Of a stretch of DNA of 64,000 nt, positions 53,070 through 63,196 are shown piece by piece (within the stretch, counting starts at the first letter, position 1; each line of letters opens with the position of its first letter). The translations under genes and the position numbers were made by a program. The notes under the pieces are model-generated. The model was not told where the DNA came from. It did not search any database and worked only from the letters and a program-made list of their open reading frames with translations. Source of the stretch: a virus; IMG/VR virus record IMGVR_UViG_3300023213_000432, positions 84,144-148,143 of that record, one strand, 5' to 3'.

Positions 53070-53309
53070 ATGATATGGTTTGTTTATATTCTCAAATGCG
53101 CCGATAATTCTTATTATTGCGGAATTACTAATGACCTTGACAAACGTCTCAAAGCGCATAATAATGGAACTGCCAGCAAATATACACGAGGCAGATTGCC
53201 CGTTAAATTTGTTAAAATTTGGGCAGTAACAAACAAATCTGCCGCCCTGAAATTAGAAGCCAAAATTAAAAAGTTGCCCAAGAATAAAAAACTTTCTTTT
53301 ATCATCTGA
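53070..53309 (+). CDS. Small GIY-YIG nuclease (YhbQ/UPF0213-like)
   Basis: FVYILKCAD.SYYCG.T....R...HN.G..SKYTR. Confidence 0.9.
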   Translation: MIWFVYILKCADNSYYCGITNDLDKRLKAHNNGTASKYTRGRLPVKFVKIWAVTNKSAALKLEAKIKKLPKNKKLSFII

Positions 53310-53348
53310 TATAGAGAACCTATCAACACAACCAAAAGGAAAATTAAC

Positions 53349-54029
53349 ATGAATGACAATCTAACAGCAATTGCAGTAATTCTCGATCAATCGGGCTCTA
53401 TGGGCAGCGTTTGCACCGACACTATCGGTGGCTTTAATAACTTTTTAACAGAACAGAAAAAGTTAGACGGGAAAGCCTTTCTTACATTATGCACTTTTTC
53501 CGATACTTATCAGTTGGTGCATAATTATGTTCCATTGAATGATGTTCCCGAATTAACTACAGAAACGTATAGTCCGAGTGGATGGACAGCGCTTTTGGAT
53601 GCGGTAGGAGCAACCGTAAATAGTCTCAAAAAGAAAATTGCTTCTATGCAAGAAGCAGATCAGCCAAAGAAGGTTGTTTTCGTGATTTTGACCGACGGAC
53701 AAGAAAATGCGAGTGTCGAATACAAGCGTGCTCAGATCAAGAGTATGTTGGAAGAACAACAAAGTAAGCATAATTGGCAAATAATTTTTCTTGGCGCAAA
53801 TTTTGATAGTTTCGCAGAAGGGGCAAGTATTGGTGTTGCGGGTAGTAGTTTTAATTATACCTCCAATTCCCGTGGAACTCAAAGAACTTACAGCGCCATT
53901 TCCGATTCAATCGGAGCTTATCGTTTTTCCAAATCAGCTTCTATGGATATGAATGCTTTTGCGGATTTGGACAAGGATAATCTGGCAGGAGCATCTATGA
54001 TTATTCCGAAGGGCAAAGATACTAAATGA
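53349..54029 (+). CDS. von Willebrand factor A domain protein
   Basis: MIDAS DQSGSM, TALLDA, ILTDGQENAS, FLGAN. Confidence 0.9.
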   Translation: MNDNLTAIAVILDQSGSMGSVCTDTIGGFNNFLTEQKKLDGKAFLTLCTFSDTYQLVHNYVPLNDVPELTTETYSPSGWTALLDAVGATVNSLKKKIASMQEADQPKKVVFVILTDGQENASVEYKRAQIKSMLEEQQSKHNWQIIFLGANFDSFAEGASIGVAGSSFNYTSNSRGTQRTYSAISDSIGAYRFSKSASMDMNAFADLDKDNLAGASMIIPKGKDTK

Positions 54030-54791
54030 GGATTATTAAAACTGTTAATAAAGCAGTTGAAGAAACTGATAATATATTTTGTAACAAATGTGGTAAATCT
54101 TGCTATAGCGAGGTTGCTTATGGTGGATTGATTGGAGCCAAAGTGAAAGGTGGATATTGTTCTAAATTCATCGGAGACGGCGACAATTATCAATTCGACA
54201 TTTGCGAAAAATGTTTTAAAGAATATGCTGACACTTTTGTTATACCAGCAAAGGTAGGTAATTTTTATTTTCCCGAAGAAGCAGAACAAGCTCAAAAAGA
54301 TGTGCAAGCTTCTCTCAATCAACTCAAAAATGCTCTTCAAGAGACGGCAGAAACCATTAAAGATCGTTTGGGAATTAATGAGGGATTTGTTAAGTTTGAC
54401 GACAGCTTGGAAAATAATAAAGAAAAAGTTAAACAGATAGTGATGGGTTGGTTGGAAAAGGACAAGAAATAAAAATCATGATTTCTTCTTTAATTGAAGG
54501 TATTAAATTCAATATCAAAAAATATGATTATATTTTGATTTTTCAAGCCACCACCCCGGTGATGGGTTTCGATGAGGAAAAGAAGACTCAATATAAATAT
54601 GATCTGGTAATGTCAGATTTAACTTTGTATGCCAGCACTTCTCAAATGCAAATGGAAACGGCTCTGTGTCATTGGGGGCGAGCCTATGTCAGCGAAGACG
54701 GTGTTAAAGTATTGATTGGGGTAATTCGAGATCATTTCAAGAATTTGCCAATAAAAGATTTGGCGGATGTAACGAAGACAGTAATTAGTAA

Positions 54792-54819
54792 TTGACAAGT
54801 GGTGAAGTGTGGATATGAA
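54792..54819 (+). promoter_or_regulatory. Sigma70-like promoter upstream of a solitary repeat
   Basis: TTGACA-N16-TATGAA. Confidence 0.5.
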
Positions 54820-54859
54820 AGGTGTGGGTCTAGTACTAGTCCCCGGTAGTTTTAGTTAG

Positions 54860-54895
54860 AAGAACATCGTCAATTATTGCTCAGTTCGCTGAGAC
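54860..54895 (+). repeat. Solitary CasPhi-like repeat
   Basis: AAGAACATCGTCAATTATTGCTCAGTTCGCTGAGAC; last 21 nt identical to the 58292 copy. Confidence 0.8.
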
Positions 54896-54911
54896 TCTGC
54901 TGGACTTGGGT

Positions 54912-54937
54912 ATTCTATGATACAGTAGAATTTTTTT
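54912..54937 (+). terminator. Weak hairpin plus T-run after the repeat and spacer-like segment
   Basis: ATTCTA-N8-TAGAAT followed by TTTTTT. Confidence 0.4.
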
Positions 54938-54970
54938 ATTGGGGGTGGGTACTATTATAGATCGCGTAAT

Positions 54971-55309
54971 ATGTTTCGATCTTGCAGTATTACATCCAGA
55001 TCTAACATACCTGTAATTAGTCAAGAGAGACCGAATTATGAGTATGAAGTTACTATCGTGGATGATGATTTTTTTGAAACCAAAACTGTTTTTGCCAACG
55101 TCGCTACTGAGGCAGCCGCCATCGCATTGATCGATATTTACTCTCAAAAAAATCTCAACGTAGCTGGCAATCTAGCGTTGTTGATGCGATATGTAGAACA
55201 TAATTTTCCAGCGTTAGATATTAACTTGCAAATCAGGGCATACCAAAATAATATTCCTGAATATTCAAAATACCATGATCAAGTAATGGGTTATCTGGTG
55301 TTTTTATGA
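54971..55309 (+). CDS. MF(K/R)S family paralogue 2
   Basis: IDIYSQKNLNVAGNLALLM...YHDQVMGYLVFL. Confidence 0.8.
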   Translation: MFRSCSITSRSNIPVISQERPNYEYEVTIVDDDFFETKTVFANVATEAAAIALIDIYSQKNLNVAGNLALLMRYVEHNFPALDINLQIRAYQNNIPEYSKYHDQVMGYLVFL

Positions 55310-55333
55310 AAGTTATTAGATATTAGTAAAAAA

Positions 55334-55663
55334 ATGTTTCGATCTTTTAATTATAAATACTTTGGATATAACGGTGAAAAACTTCATCGATATCAAGTTA
55401 TCATTGTGGATGATGATTTTATTGAAACTGCCACCGTGTTTGCCGTCGCTCCCGGAAGCATCGCCACTGAAGCCGCTGCCCTGATCGATATTTATTCTCG
55501 AAGAAATCTTAATGTGGCTAGTAACTTGGCACTGTTGATGCAATATACAGAACATGTATGTCCATGGATAGATATTAAGTGGCAAATCGAGTGTTATCAA
55601 AAAGAAATTCCTGAATACCAGAAATACCACGATCAAATAATGGATTATTTAATATTTTTGTGA
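55334..55663 (+). CDS. MF(K/R)S family paralogue 3
   Basis: IDIYSRRNLNVASNLALLM...YHDQIMDYLIFL. Confidence 0.8.
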   Translation: MFRSFNYKYFGYNGEKLHRYQVIIVDDDFIETATVFAVAPGSIATEAAALIDIYSRRNLNVASNLALLMQYTEHVCPWIDIKWQIECYQKEIPEYQKYHDQIMDYLIFL

Positions 55664-55685
55664 AGCGCGATATGGCAAACAAGCC

Positions 55686-55714
55686 TTGACAGTTTTCTTG
55701 TTGGGTGTTATATA
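55686..55714 (+). promoter_or_regulatory. Sigma70-like promoter
   Basis: TTGACA-N17-TATATA with TG extension. Confidence 0.6.
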
Positions 55715-56183
55715 GATGTTCATGAGGGCAAGATAAATGCCGTTTGATAACAATTTTTATTATCCACATTATGATCCTAGAGTTCGTGTTTCTAGTTTCG
55801 CTGATAACCAAGATGTAGATCTTATTGTTGGGAAAATGCTCCGGCAATTGTTACCATTTGACGGTCAGCAATTAAATGATAAAACAGTTCTAGCCATGCA
55901 AAGTATTGTTGAGCAGTCGGTTTATGACATTTCTCGTCTTGGTGGAAACGGTGATTACGTTCGTGGCGTTGCTGATAAACTATCTTTTAACGGACGTCCA
56001 ATAAGTTATTGGCTTTCATATCTTGGTGTTGATATTCGGCGTGTTTATAACTCTCCAATCCAAGAATCCCCAGAGGATACTTATTGCTTGAAGTGCGATA
56101 AGGAGTGTCCTTGCGAGTGTAAGTAAAGAAAAATTAAATTGTCTCAAATTATTTTAGAATAACATCATTTAAGGGAAATTGAA

Positions 56184-57680
56184 ATGAGTTTAACCATCGA
56201 AGTTTTACCATCCAATAAAATATTTTCTGAGTTAGAAAACAATACTACCAGTTTCTTCCATCTATTATCAGAACTTGTTGATAACTCAATTGCTGCTATG
56301 GTGGATGGGTTATGCAGCATCTCTATAGAGATTGTTGCAGATTGGTCGAGCAAAAAGAAATTTTATGAGACAGGACAAATTATTGTTCATGATGATGCTG
56401 GCGGTATCTCTAGATCGGAAATCGGACAAGCTATTTCACCAGCAGCAAACGCTTGTAAAAACCCAAATTCTCTTAATAGGCATGGTATAGGCGGTAAAAT
56501 AACTATTATGTCTGTAGGCACTAAATTAGACGAGAAATCGGGATTTTTAACAGGAGTTGAAATTACCACAAAAACAAAGTCGGACGACCAGATTACCAAA
56601 ATTGATCAGATTGGATTTGGAAAAATCCCTTACTCTACTATCAATGATAATAACATTTTTCCTAAAGGACATGGAACAAGAATTACAATCAAAAATTTAA
56701 AACCGATCGTTTATTGTAGAAAATCGGATTATACACAAATCATAATTCCATTATTGGGACATAGGTATCAACTTTATTTGAATGGCTCCTTAAACAAGAA
56801 GGTAAAAATAACCCTCAAACTATTGGATATGGATAGTAACCCAATTGTAAATGCGAAGGGCAATCTCCAAGTATTCGAAATTGTTCCGATAACACCGGTT
56901 TTTCAAGGCGGCTCACCTATTTTAGATACGGTTTTGCACCCTAACAAAGACAACAAAAAAGGTTGGAGAGCACATATGAGATTTGGGTGGAGTCCAAGCA
57001 AAGAGGCATTGGCCGAAATTGGAACTGATAAAGATCAATGTAGATTATTTGTCAAAAAGAATTCTCCATATTATATCGACAATCGAAAAATAGATCTTAT
57101 TACGAATGGTGTGGTAATTTGTCAGGTTGGATATGATTGGTTATCACCATTTAAAGGAGAAGAAACCATTGAAAGAGATTGGCGCGGTAACAGCCCAAGG
57201 CTAATTATTACTCTTGAAAATGGTTTCCAAACCACCATCACAAAAGATGCTTTCGTTGATGATGATAATTTAAAAACACTCAAGAAAATAGTTCTTGAGC
57301 GTATTAAGAAATATGCCAATACTGATAAAAGTAGGATAAAAGAAAGCGAAGAAGAGACAAAGAATAGAGTAGAGGCTATGTTGTTGGAGACCTGTGAAAA
57401 TGTTAAAAGAGAGCCCACCATCGGAAGTTATGGGCTTAGGGCTGATTTTTCACTAAAAAAGAAAGGGGCACCTCAAATCTGGGAATGTAAAATACAACAA
57501 GCTAGCGTTTCAGATGTAATACAACTAGTAGGATATCTAAAGCTTGATGGCTGTTTAAATGGCAAATTGATAGCGCCAGATTTTAGCGACAATGCCAGAA
57601 ACCTTGTGAAAGATTGCTCAGACATTTTCGGAGTAAACGTAGAATTAACTTCCTATAAAGATCTCGGACTTCAACTATAA
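56184..57680 (+). CDS. GHKL (MORC/MutL-like) ATPase with C-terminal PD-(D/E)xK-like nuclease
   Basis: ELVDNSI, DDAGGI, HGIGGK, GTRITI; C-terminal RADF...WECK...QLVGY. Confidence 0.8.
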   Translation: MSLTIEVLPSNKIFSELENNTTSFFHLLSELVDNSIAAMVDGLCSISIEIVADWSSKKKFYETGQIIVHDDAGGISRSEIGQAISPAANACKNPNSLNRHGIGGKITIMSVGTKLDEKSGFLTGVEITTKTKSDDQITKIDQIGFGKIPYSTINDNNIFPKGHGTRITIKNLKPIVYCRKSDYTQIIIPLLGHRYQLYLNGSLNKKVKITLKLLDMDSNPIVNAKGNLQVFEIVPITPVFQGGSPILDTVLHPNKDNKKGWRAHMRFGWSPSKEALAEIGTDKDQCRLFVKKNSPYYIDNRKIDLITNGVVICQVGYDWLSPFKGEETIERDWRGNSPRLIITLENGFQTTITKDAFVDDDNLKTLKKIVLERIKKYANTDKSRIKESEEETKNRVEAMLLETCENVKREPTIGSYGLRADFSLKKKGAPQIWECKIQQASVSDVIQLVGYLKLDGCLNGKLIAPDFSDNARNLVKDCSDIFGVNVELTSYKDLGLQL

Positions 57681-57684
57681 TAAA

Positions 57685-59565
57685 ATGAAATTTTATCATC
57701 TTCTTTTCTTCTTCCTCACCAGTTGCGGAGCCCTCACCCTCTTCTCTCCCGTTCCTGCTCCCATCCAGCCTCGCCCTATCCAATATCTTTCGGGCTCCTC
57801 TTTTCATCCCGAAATTACCAATGGGCTTTCTAACGAAGACCGCGGCACTTACTATCACTTTGATGAAGGGATTCAGTGGCTTCCCACTGATGTTATGCTT
57901 TCATTGAAACGTCCCTCTTCTAACGTGTTTAAGGTAATGGATGAATTACTGTTAGCTAAGCCAGAACGTTTTGGTCTTCTCCCCAATTACATTGATGTGC
58001 TTTATCCTAACCAACTTAATCCACAAGCGGACATCCCTTTAGGAATTACTATTTCCACCAACACCGATTATGTTCCTATGTCCGGAATATCATGCAGCTC
58101 ATGTCATACTACCATTATTTCTAATTCCGAAGGACATTTCTTCTTAGTTGATGGGGCTCCTTCTCGTTTTGCGGTAGATCGTTTCGTGGCGGAAATGGTC
58201 AAATCTTTGGCGGCTACTTTGGCTAATCCAGTAGAATTTGAAGCCTTTTATGAGCGCTTTAAAGCTCGTCTTCATTTTGGAATGGGGGAAAGTTATGATC
58301 GATTAATATTGCTCAGTTCGCTGAGACTCAAAGATCATCCTGACCTTAAGGCTCTAGCTCCAGTAGTAGAAAAAGCCTTTAATACCAATGATTGTCAAGA
58401 ATTGCAAACCAAACTTTCTACTATTTCTAATCCCATTACCTATCGTTTTCAGCGTTTTACAACCCTTGATTCTGCCTATCCAACTTATGCTATGCTTGGC
58501 AATCAACAGGGAATGTATTTCTATTTGGTCAAGCGTTTCATCTTCTTGTTGGAACAAACGAAATATGGAACGGCTGACAAAGATTCTTTGGTGGCAGAAA
58601 GTGGATTGGGGCGAGCTAACCCATGGAGTGTAGCAAAGAAACTCATCTCCGATAAATATTTCCATCTCAAAAACGCAGTCCATGTAGAAGGTGGGCCAGT
58701 AAGCACTCCCTATATGTGGGATTATGATCGCCAAACTTGGGTCTTTTGGAGCGGAACCACTAACTCTATGCTGGAACGCAATTTGGCTCAATGCACTACT
58801 CTTTTGACCGATTTTAATGAGAAAACTTACGAGACCACCTGCTCCGTCAAGAAACTTCAGGACATTTCTTATTATGCTCAAAAAATTCAAGCTCCCAAGT
58901 GGCCCGAAGCAATTTTAGGCAGCATCGATACCGATAAAGCTAATAAGGGCAAAATCATCTTTCAGGATAAATGTTTAAATTGCCATGATCCCAAAGCTTC
59001 TTATACTCTCACCGGAACCGCTTCTTATACCTATATAAGTGTTGGAACTGATCCTAACTATATTCAAGGACAACTGGAATTAATTAATAAGAAAGATATT
59101 TTTACTGGTATGATTGCACCATGGATTAATCATGTAAAGGAAGTAGCCGCCCTTCAAATAGAAGGTTTAATTTATATAGATTTGTTAAATTATGAGAATG
59201 GAAGATTGCCAGCTACATGGCGCAGTCCAGAGTTGAATCGAATCGAAGCGAAACCACTTGCTGGTGTCTGGGCTACTGCACCTTATCTTCATAATGGAAG
59301 CGTGCCCACTATTTGGGATTTATTGCAACCAGTGGATCAGCGCCCCCATCGATTTCATATTGGCGGGTTTGTTTATGATACCAAAAAGCTTGGATATATT
59401 GGAGATGAGAATTTGCCGGATGGATTTGAGTTCGAGGTAAATTGTTTGCATTGTCAAGGGAATAGCAATCAAGGACATGAATTTGGTACCGAGCTAAGTT
59501 CGGAAGATAAATGGAACTTGATTGAATTTCTCAAGTCCTATAATAATGAGACAACATTTAAATGA
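57685..59565 (+). CDS. Di-heme cytochrome c lipoprotein (RoxA/di-heme peroxidase-like)
   Basis: Lipobox LTSC; CSSCH and CLNCH; GVWATAPYLHNGSVPT; GNSNQGHEFG. Confidence 0.85.
   Translation: MKFYHLLFFFLTSCGALTLFSPVPAPIQPRPIQYLSGSSFHPEITNGLSNEDRGTYYHFDEGIQWLPTDVMLSLKRPSSNVFKVMDELLLAKPERFGLLPNYIDVLYPNQLNPQADIPLGITISTNTDYVPMSGISCSSCHTTIISNSEGHFFLVDGAPSRFAVDRFVAEMVKSLAATLANPVEFEAFYERFKARLHFGMGESYDRLILLSSLRLKDHPDLKALAPVVEKAFNTNDCQELQTKLSTISNPITYRFQRFTTLDSAYPTYAMLGNQQGMYFYLVKRFIFLLEQTKYGTADKDSLVAESGLGRANPWSVAKKLISDKYFHLKNAVHVEGGPVSTPYMWDYDRQTWVFWSGTTNSMLERNLAQCTTLLTDFNEKTYETTCSVKKLQDISYYAQKIQAPKWPEAILGSIDTDKANKGKIIFQDKCLNCHDPKASYTLTGTASYTYISVGTDPNYIQGQLELINKKDIFTGMIAPWINHVKEVAALQIEGLIYIDLLNYENGRLPATWRSPELNRIEAKPLAGVWATAPYLHNGSVPTIWDLLQPVDQRPHRFHIGGFVYDTKKLGYIGDENLPDGFEFEVNCLHCQGNSNQGHEFGTELSSEDKWNLIEFLKSYNNETTFK
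58292..58327 (+). repeat. Solitary CasPhi-like repeat embedded in the cytochrome CDS
   Basis: GTTATGATCGATTAATATTGCTCAGTTCGCTGAGAC, translated as YDRLILLSSLR. Confidence 0.8.
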
Positions 59566-60724
59566 ATTTCTGCGATTTTTGTCCTTGTGAATCTTGTAAG
59601 TTTGGAGACAAACATCTCTCGCACGCCCAAACAGATGATGGTAAATGGATCTGCGACGTATGCTGGCGTTATGAAATTTGTATGGAAACCAAGATGGCAT
59701 TACTTGGAAAACATGATGGGCCTTGTGATAATTTGGATTGTGAGCACCGACCTAAATTGATAACAGAATGGAAAAAATTATGATTAAATCATCGAAACAG
59801 ATTACTCCAGAAATAATTGAATCTTATATTGCTGAAATGGAATTAGAAGTGAAACGTAGAAAAAAATTGAGTTCTTCTTGGAAAAAAGGTAAACCGCCTA
59901 TGATTTTCGATGGCAATGACTTAGCTATTAATACTTATGAAGAAATGATTAGAGTTCTTAAGACGCTGATTGATAATAAGACATGAAGCGATTTAGGAAT
60001 TGGAATGTTTGATATTGAACAAATCATCGATAAATTAAATATCGCTAAAGAGGATACTCCTGAGCAAAGAGAAGCAAAAATTGAAGCCGTCCTTGGCGTT
60101 TCTATTGAGAAGATGAGGCAAGCCTTGGAAAAGAAAATCCAAGAGCAAGCTGATAAGTTAGTGCCTGATTTGATTAATGTGGCGCCATATGGAGATTATG
60201 GCAACCTAATAGAAGACAGTGATAAAATTATTGGGTTTCTCAAAGAAGAGGCGTCCCAAGCTAAAAACTGGAAAATTACTGCCATTACTCTAGATGGAGG
60301 GGAACGTCTTGGAGAAAGTGATGGTTTCGGATTTAGTTTTGTCAATACTGCGGTAGATGAAGGAGATCTTTTATACGGACGTGTATTTGTGGGAGGCGGC
60401 GGGGAAATTAGACATGTGATGGTATATGTGGATGATATATAAGATTTGGAAGGAAGATTCATGAAATTTATCGAGTTAAAGTTCGAACGACATCCACTGG
60501 GCATAGACGGTGTTCAAGCACGCGTGACGTTTGCCAATGGCTATGGCGCCTCCGTCATTAAGTACCCGTATTCATATGGTGCCGAAGAAGGGTTGTATGA
60601 ACTCGCGGTTTTCGGCAAGGACGGACAACTTACCTACGACACGCCGATCACTGATGACGTGATTGGGTATCTCACGCCGGAAGAAGTTGAGGAACTTCTC
60701 GATCGAATCGAGGACTTATCATGA
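59562..60724 (+). other. Four small hypothetical CDS
   Basis: 59562..59783, ~59780..59986, 60005..60442, ~60461..60724 (F.NGYGASVI...GLYELAV common phage family). Confidence 0.65.
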
Positions 60725-61758
60725 AATCTATTCATTATTTAGTGCTTGGCTTATTGTTGCTGATTGGGTGTCCCGGAGAAGTTGTTAATCCTGATGGCGG
60801 TAGCTTGGGCGATGCTATGGATGTAGTAGATGCGGGAATGGAAGCAGATGCATCTGGAGATAGTCAGGTGAAAGATGTGATAAGTGAAGGGGACGGAGGA
60901 TTGAATTTTGATTTCTGGTCTTGTGGCAACGAGCCCATTTCATATCACGATGGCCCGGTCATGGTTGAACCAATTAAAATTTTTGTATTATGGTATGGCA
61001 ATTGGATTAATAACAATAAAACGGTGCCAATTGTCGAACAATTTATCATTGACCTTAATGGAAGTCCGTGGTTTAGCACCACTTCTACCTACTATGAAAC
61101 TCTTCCTATAGATATGATTGCTCCTGCTCAGGGCGTTATGGGACGTGCCTATGCTACCAACAATTTGATTTTAACCAAAAGTGTTTTTATTAGCAGCGCC
61201 ACTCATGGAAACAATCTTTCAATGTCAGATGTGTTCGCTATTGTTACAGATGCAATTAATGACCAATCTGTTCCAAATGATCCTACAGCGGCGTATTTAG
61301 TTTTGACTAGTTCTGATATTAACCAATATGATGGATTTGAGAGCGCCTGTCAAGCATATTGTGGTTTTCATAACCATAAAATTTACAACGCTGTAGATGT
61401 CAAATTTGCATGGATTGGAGATCCTGCTCGTTGCTTAGATGTATGTTCAGCAAAATCCAAATATGACCTTTATGGTATTTCTCATTCGCCGAACTTTGAT
61501 TGGAGTGCAGACGCTATGGTTTCTGTGATTGCGCATGAACTGACAGAAATAATTACAGACTATGCTTACGATACAGCTCCAGCATGGACAGATAGATATG
61601 GATGGGAAAATGCAGATAAAGGCGCATGGACATTTGGACAAGTCTATAAAACTGATAGCGGATCAGTTGCTAATGTTCATTTAGGTGATCGAGATTATCT
61701 ACTTCAACAGAATTGGACATTGTTTGATGGCGGGCAAGGATGTGCATTGCATCCATAG
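60721..61758 (+). CDS. Phosphate-induced protein 1 (Phi-1/EXORDIUM)-like lipoprotein
   Basis: Lipobox LIGC; ISYHDGPVM, LWYGNW, YLVLTS.D, YCGFH, SPN.D..AD.MVSVIAHEL.E..TD, YLLQQNW. Confidence 0.8.
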   Translation: MKSIHYLVLGLLLLIGCPGEVVNPDGGSLGDAMDVVDAGMEADASGDSQVKDVISEGDGGLNFDFWSCGNEPISYHDGPVMVEPIKIFVLWYGNWINNNKTVPIVEQFIIDLNGSPWFSTTSTYYETLPIDMIAPAQGVMGRAYATNNLILTKSVFISSATHGNNLSMSDVFAIVTDAINDQSVPNDPTAAYLVLTSSDINQYDGFESACQAYCGFHNHKIYNAVDVKFAWIGDPARCLDVCSAKSKYDLYGISHSPNFDWSADAMVSVIAHELTEIITDYAYDTAPAWTDRYGWENADKGAWTFGQVYKTDSGSVANVHLGDRDYLLQQNWTLFDGGQGCALHP

Positions 61759-61832
61759 AATTATGCAAATGAACAAATGCACGTCGTATCCAAATGAAGA
61801 ATTCTGATATTGGCATATCATTTTTAGCCCAA

Positions 61833-62918
61833 TTACAATTCAATACAACAAGGAACAACATTATTTATAATATGTTTTTGATTATTATCAAATCTATCTA
61901 ATCCGTTATAATGGTATATACTATGGTTATTTTTATACCTTTTAACGATATTGGAATTAATTGCAGGTTTTCCGCAATACCAACAATCTAATTGCGAGAG
62001 CATGTAAAATTGTTCTACAGTTAAATCTCCATCATTGTATCCAACAGATATAAATATACGATTAGCTAACGTTATTAATGGATGCCGCTTTCTAATCGGA
62101 CAATATGGACATCGTTGGCCGCAAGATCTAGTTGCGCCTTCTTTGAGATGCCCTAAACCCTTAATGCAGGGGCTGCCACAATCACATATGCAATTTACCC
62201 ATGTTTTCTTGTTTTTCCTAAAAGTAGAAAGCACTGTCAAACTGCCATATTTATTTGAAACATCGTTAATATTAGGTGATATCTTTGTTGGAATGGTAAT
62301 ACCTTGATTTTCAGCGTATTGTAATAATTGGGCAGTTTTAGGACATGCATTAGATTTCTTTTTACAAAAATTATTTACTTGAATAATCCATTGAATAAAT
62401 TCTTCCTGACTTTTTTCAGCTTTTGCTCGATTGCAATTAATGCAGGCAGATACAACGTTATCTAAATTATGTGGCTTGAAACTATTTATCCTATCTAAAC
62501 CATTGTATATAAACATTCCATTTTCGATGGAGAATTGAGATGATGTCTCAGCGCTTGGGGTTGAAAATGAATTCCATTTATTGGAAGGTGATTTACCACA
62601 GTAAAAACAATTTTGTTGAGATAGTAGATAAAACATCTCAAAAGTTAAATTTCCGTCTTGATAATTTGTTCTGAAAATTGTTTTAGCGGATGTAATAATA
62701 GGATCTTGTTTTCTACTGGTGCTGAATTGGCACCCGCGCCCGCAAGAACCAATTCTTGCAAGTTTCCAATCCCCGAGGCGCACAATTTTATCAATACCGC
62801 ATGCACACCGAATCTTAATTGCACTTATTTTATGTCCTCTGTTGTCATAAAGAATATGTTCTGTCTCTACGATTTCGCAGCTTTTGTATTTTTCTCCAAC
62901 AGAACCCAATAATTCCAT
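61833..62918 (-). CDS. HNH/His-Cys-type homing endonuclease, paralogue of 19811..21184, frameshifted at the C-terminus
   Basis: Two CxYCG...NGLDR modules; the second CNWAK motif continues in another frame (ORF 61670..61861). Confidence 0.8.
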   Translation of the reverse strand: MELLGSVGEKYKSCEIVETEHILYDNRGHKISAIKIRCACGIDKIVRLGDWKLARIGSCGRGCQFSTSRKQDPIITSAKTIFRTNYQDGNLTFEMFYLLSQQNCFYCGKSPSNKWNSFSTPSAETSSQFSIENGMFIYNGLDRINSFKPHNLDNVVSACINCNRAKAEKSQEEFIQWIIQVNNFCKKKSNACPKTAQLLQYAENQGITIPTKISPNINDVSNKYGSLTVLSTFRKNKKTWVNCICDCGSPCIKGLGHLKEGATRSCGQRCPYCPIRKRHPLITLANRIFISVGYNDGDLTVEQFYMLSQLDCWYCGKPAINSNIVKRYKNNHSIYHYNGLDRFDNNQKHIINNVVPCCIEL

Positions 62919-62972
62919 ATTCAATGATATATCACATATTAAAGGCATAAAACAACATATTATCAACAACAA

Positions 62973-63045
62973 GGGAGTTTAGTTCATTTAGAAGAACGCG
63001 ACAATAGCATTGTCGATGTGCTGGGAGCGTAGCCCAGAACTTCCA
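62973..63045 (+). tRNA. tRNA-Ala(AGC), atypical
   Basis: GGGAGTT/AACTTCC acceptor with G3:U70, GTTC/GAAC D-stem, CGACA-ATAGCAT-TGTCG, CTGGG-AGCGTAG-CCCAG; no encoded CCA. Confidence 0.75.
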
Positions 63046-63089
63046 CTAACTCGCGCTTATCTCACTTGTTGAGGTAAGTAGATCGAGTA

Positions 63090-63125
63090 AAAATTATGGC
63101 AATTGATTGCTCGGTACGCCGAGAC
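63090..63125 (+). repeat. Solitary CasPhi-like repeat
   Basis: AAAATTATGGCAATTGATTGCTCGGTACGCCGAGAC; compensatory stem CTCGG/CCGAG. Confidence 0.8.
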
Positions 63126-63196
63126 CGCCACTAGTAGAACACAGACTGGTGGCACTGCCGAACACTTGATATAGTTGTACTATAGAGAGGAAACTA

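Noticed and set aside
11718..62918. Introns around the homing endonucleases
   Set aside because: Flanking genes are complete and no intron core is visible; they appear free-standing
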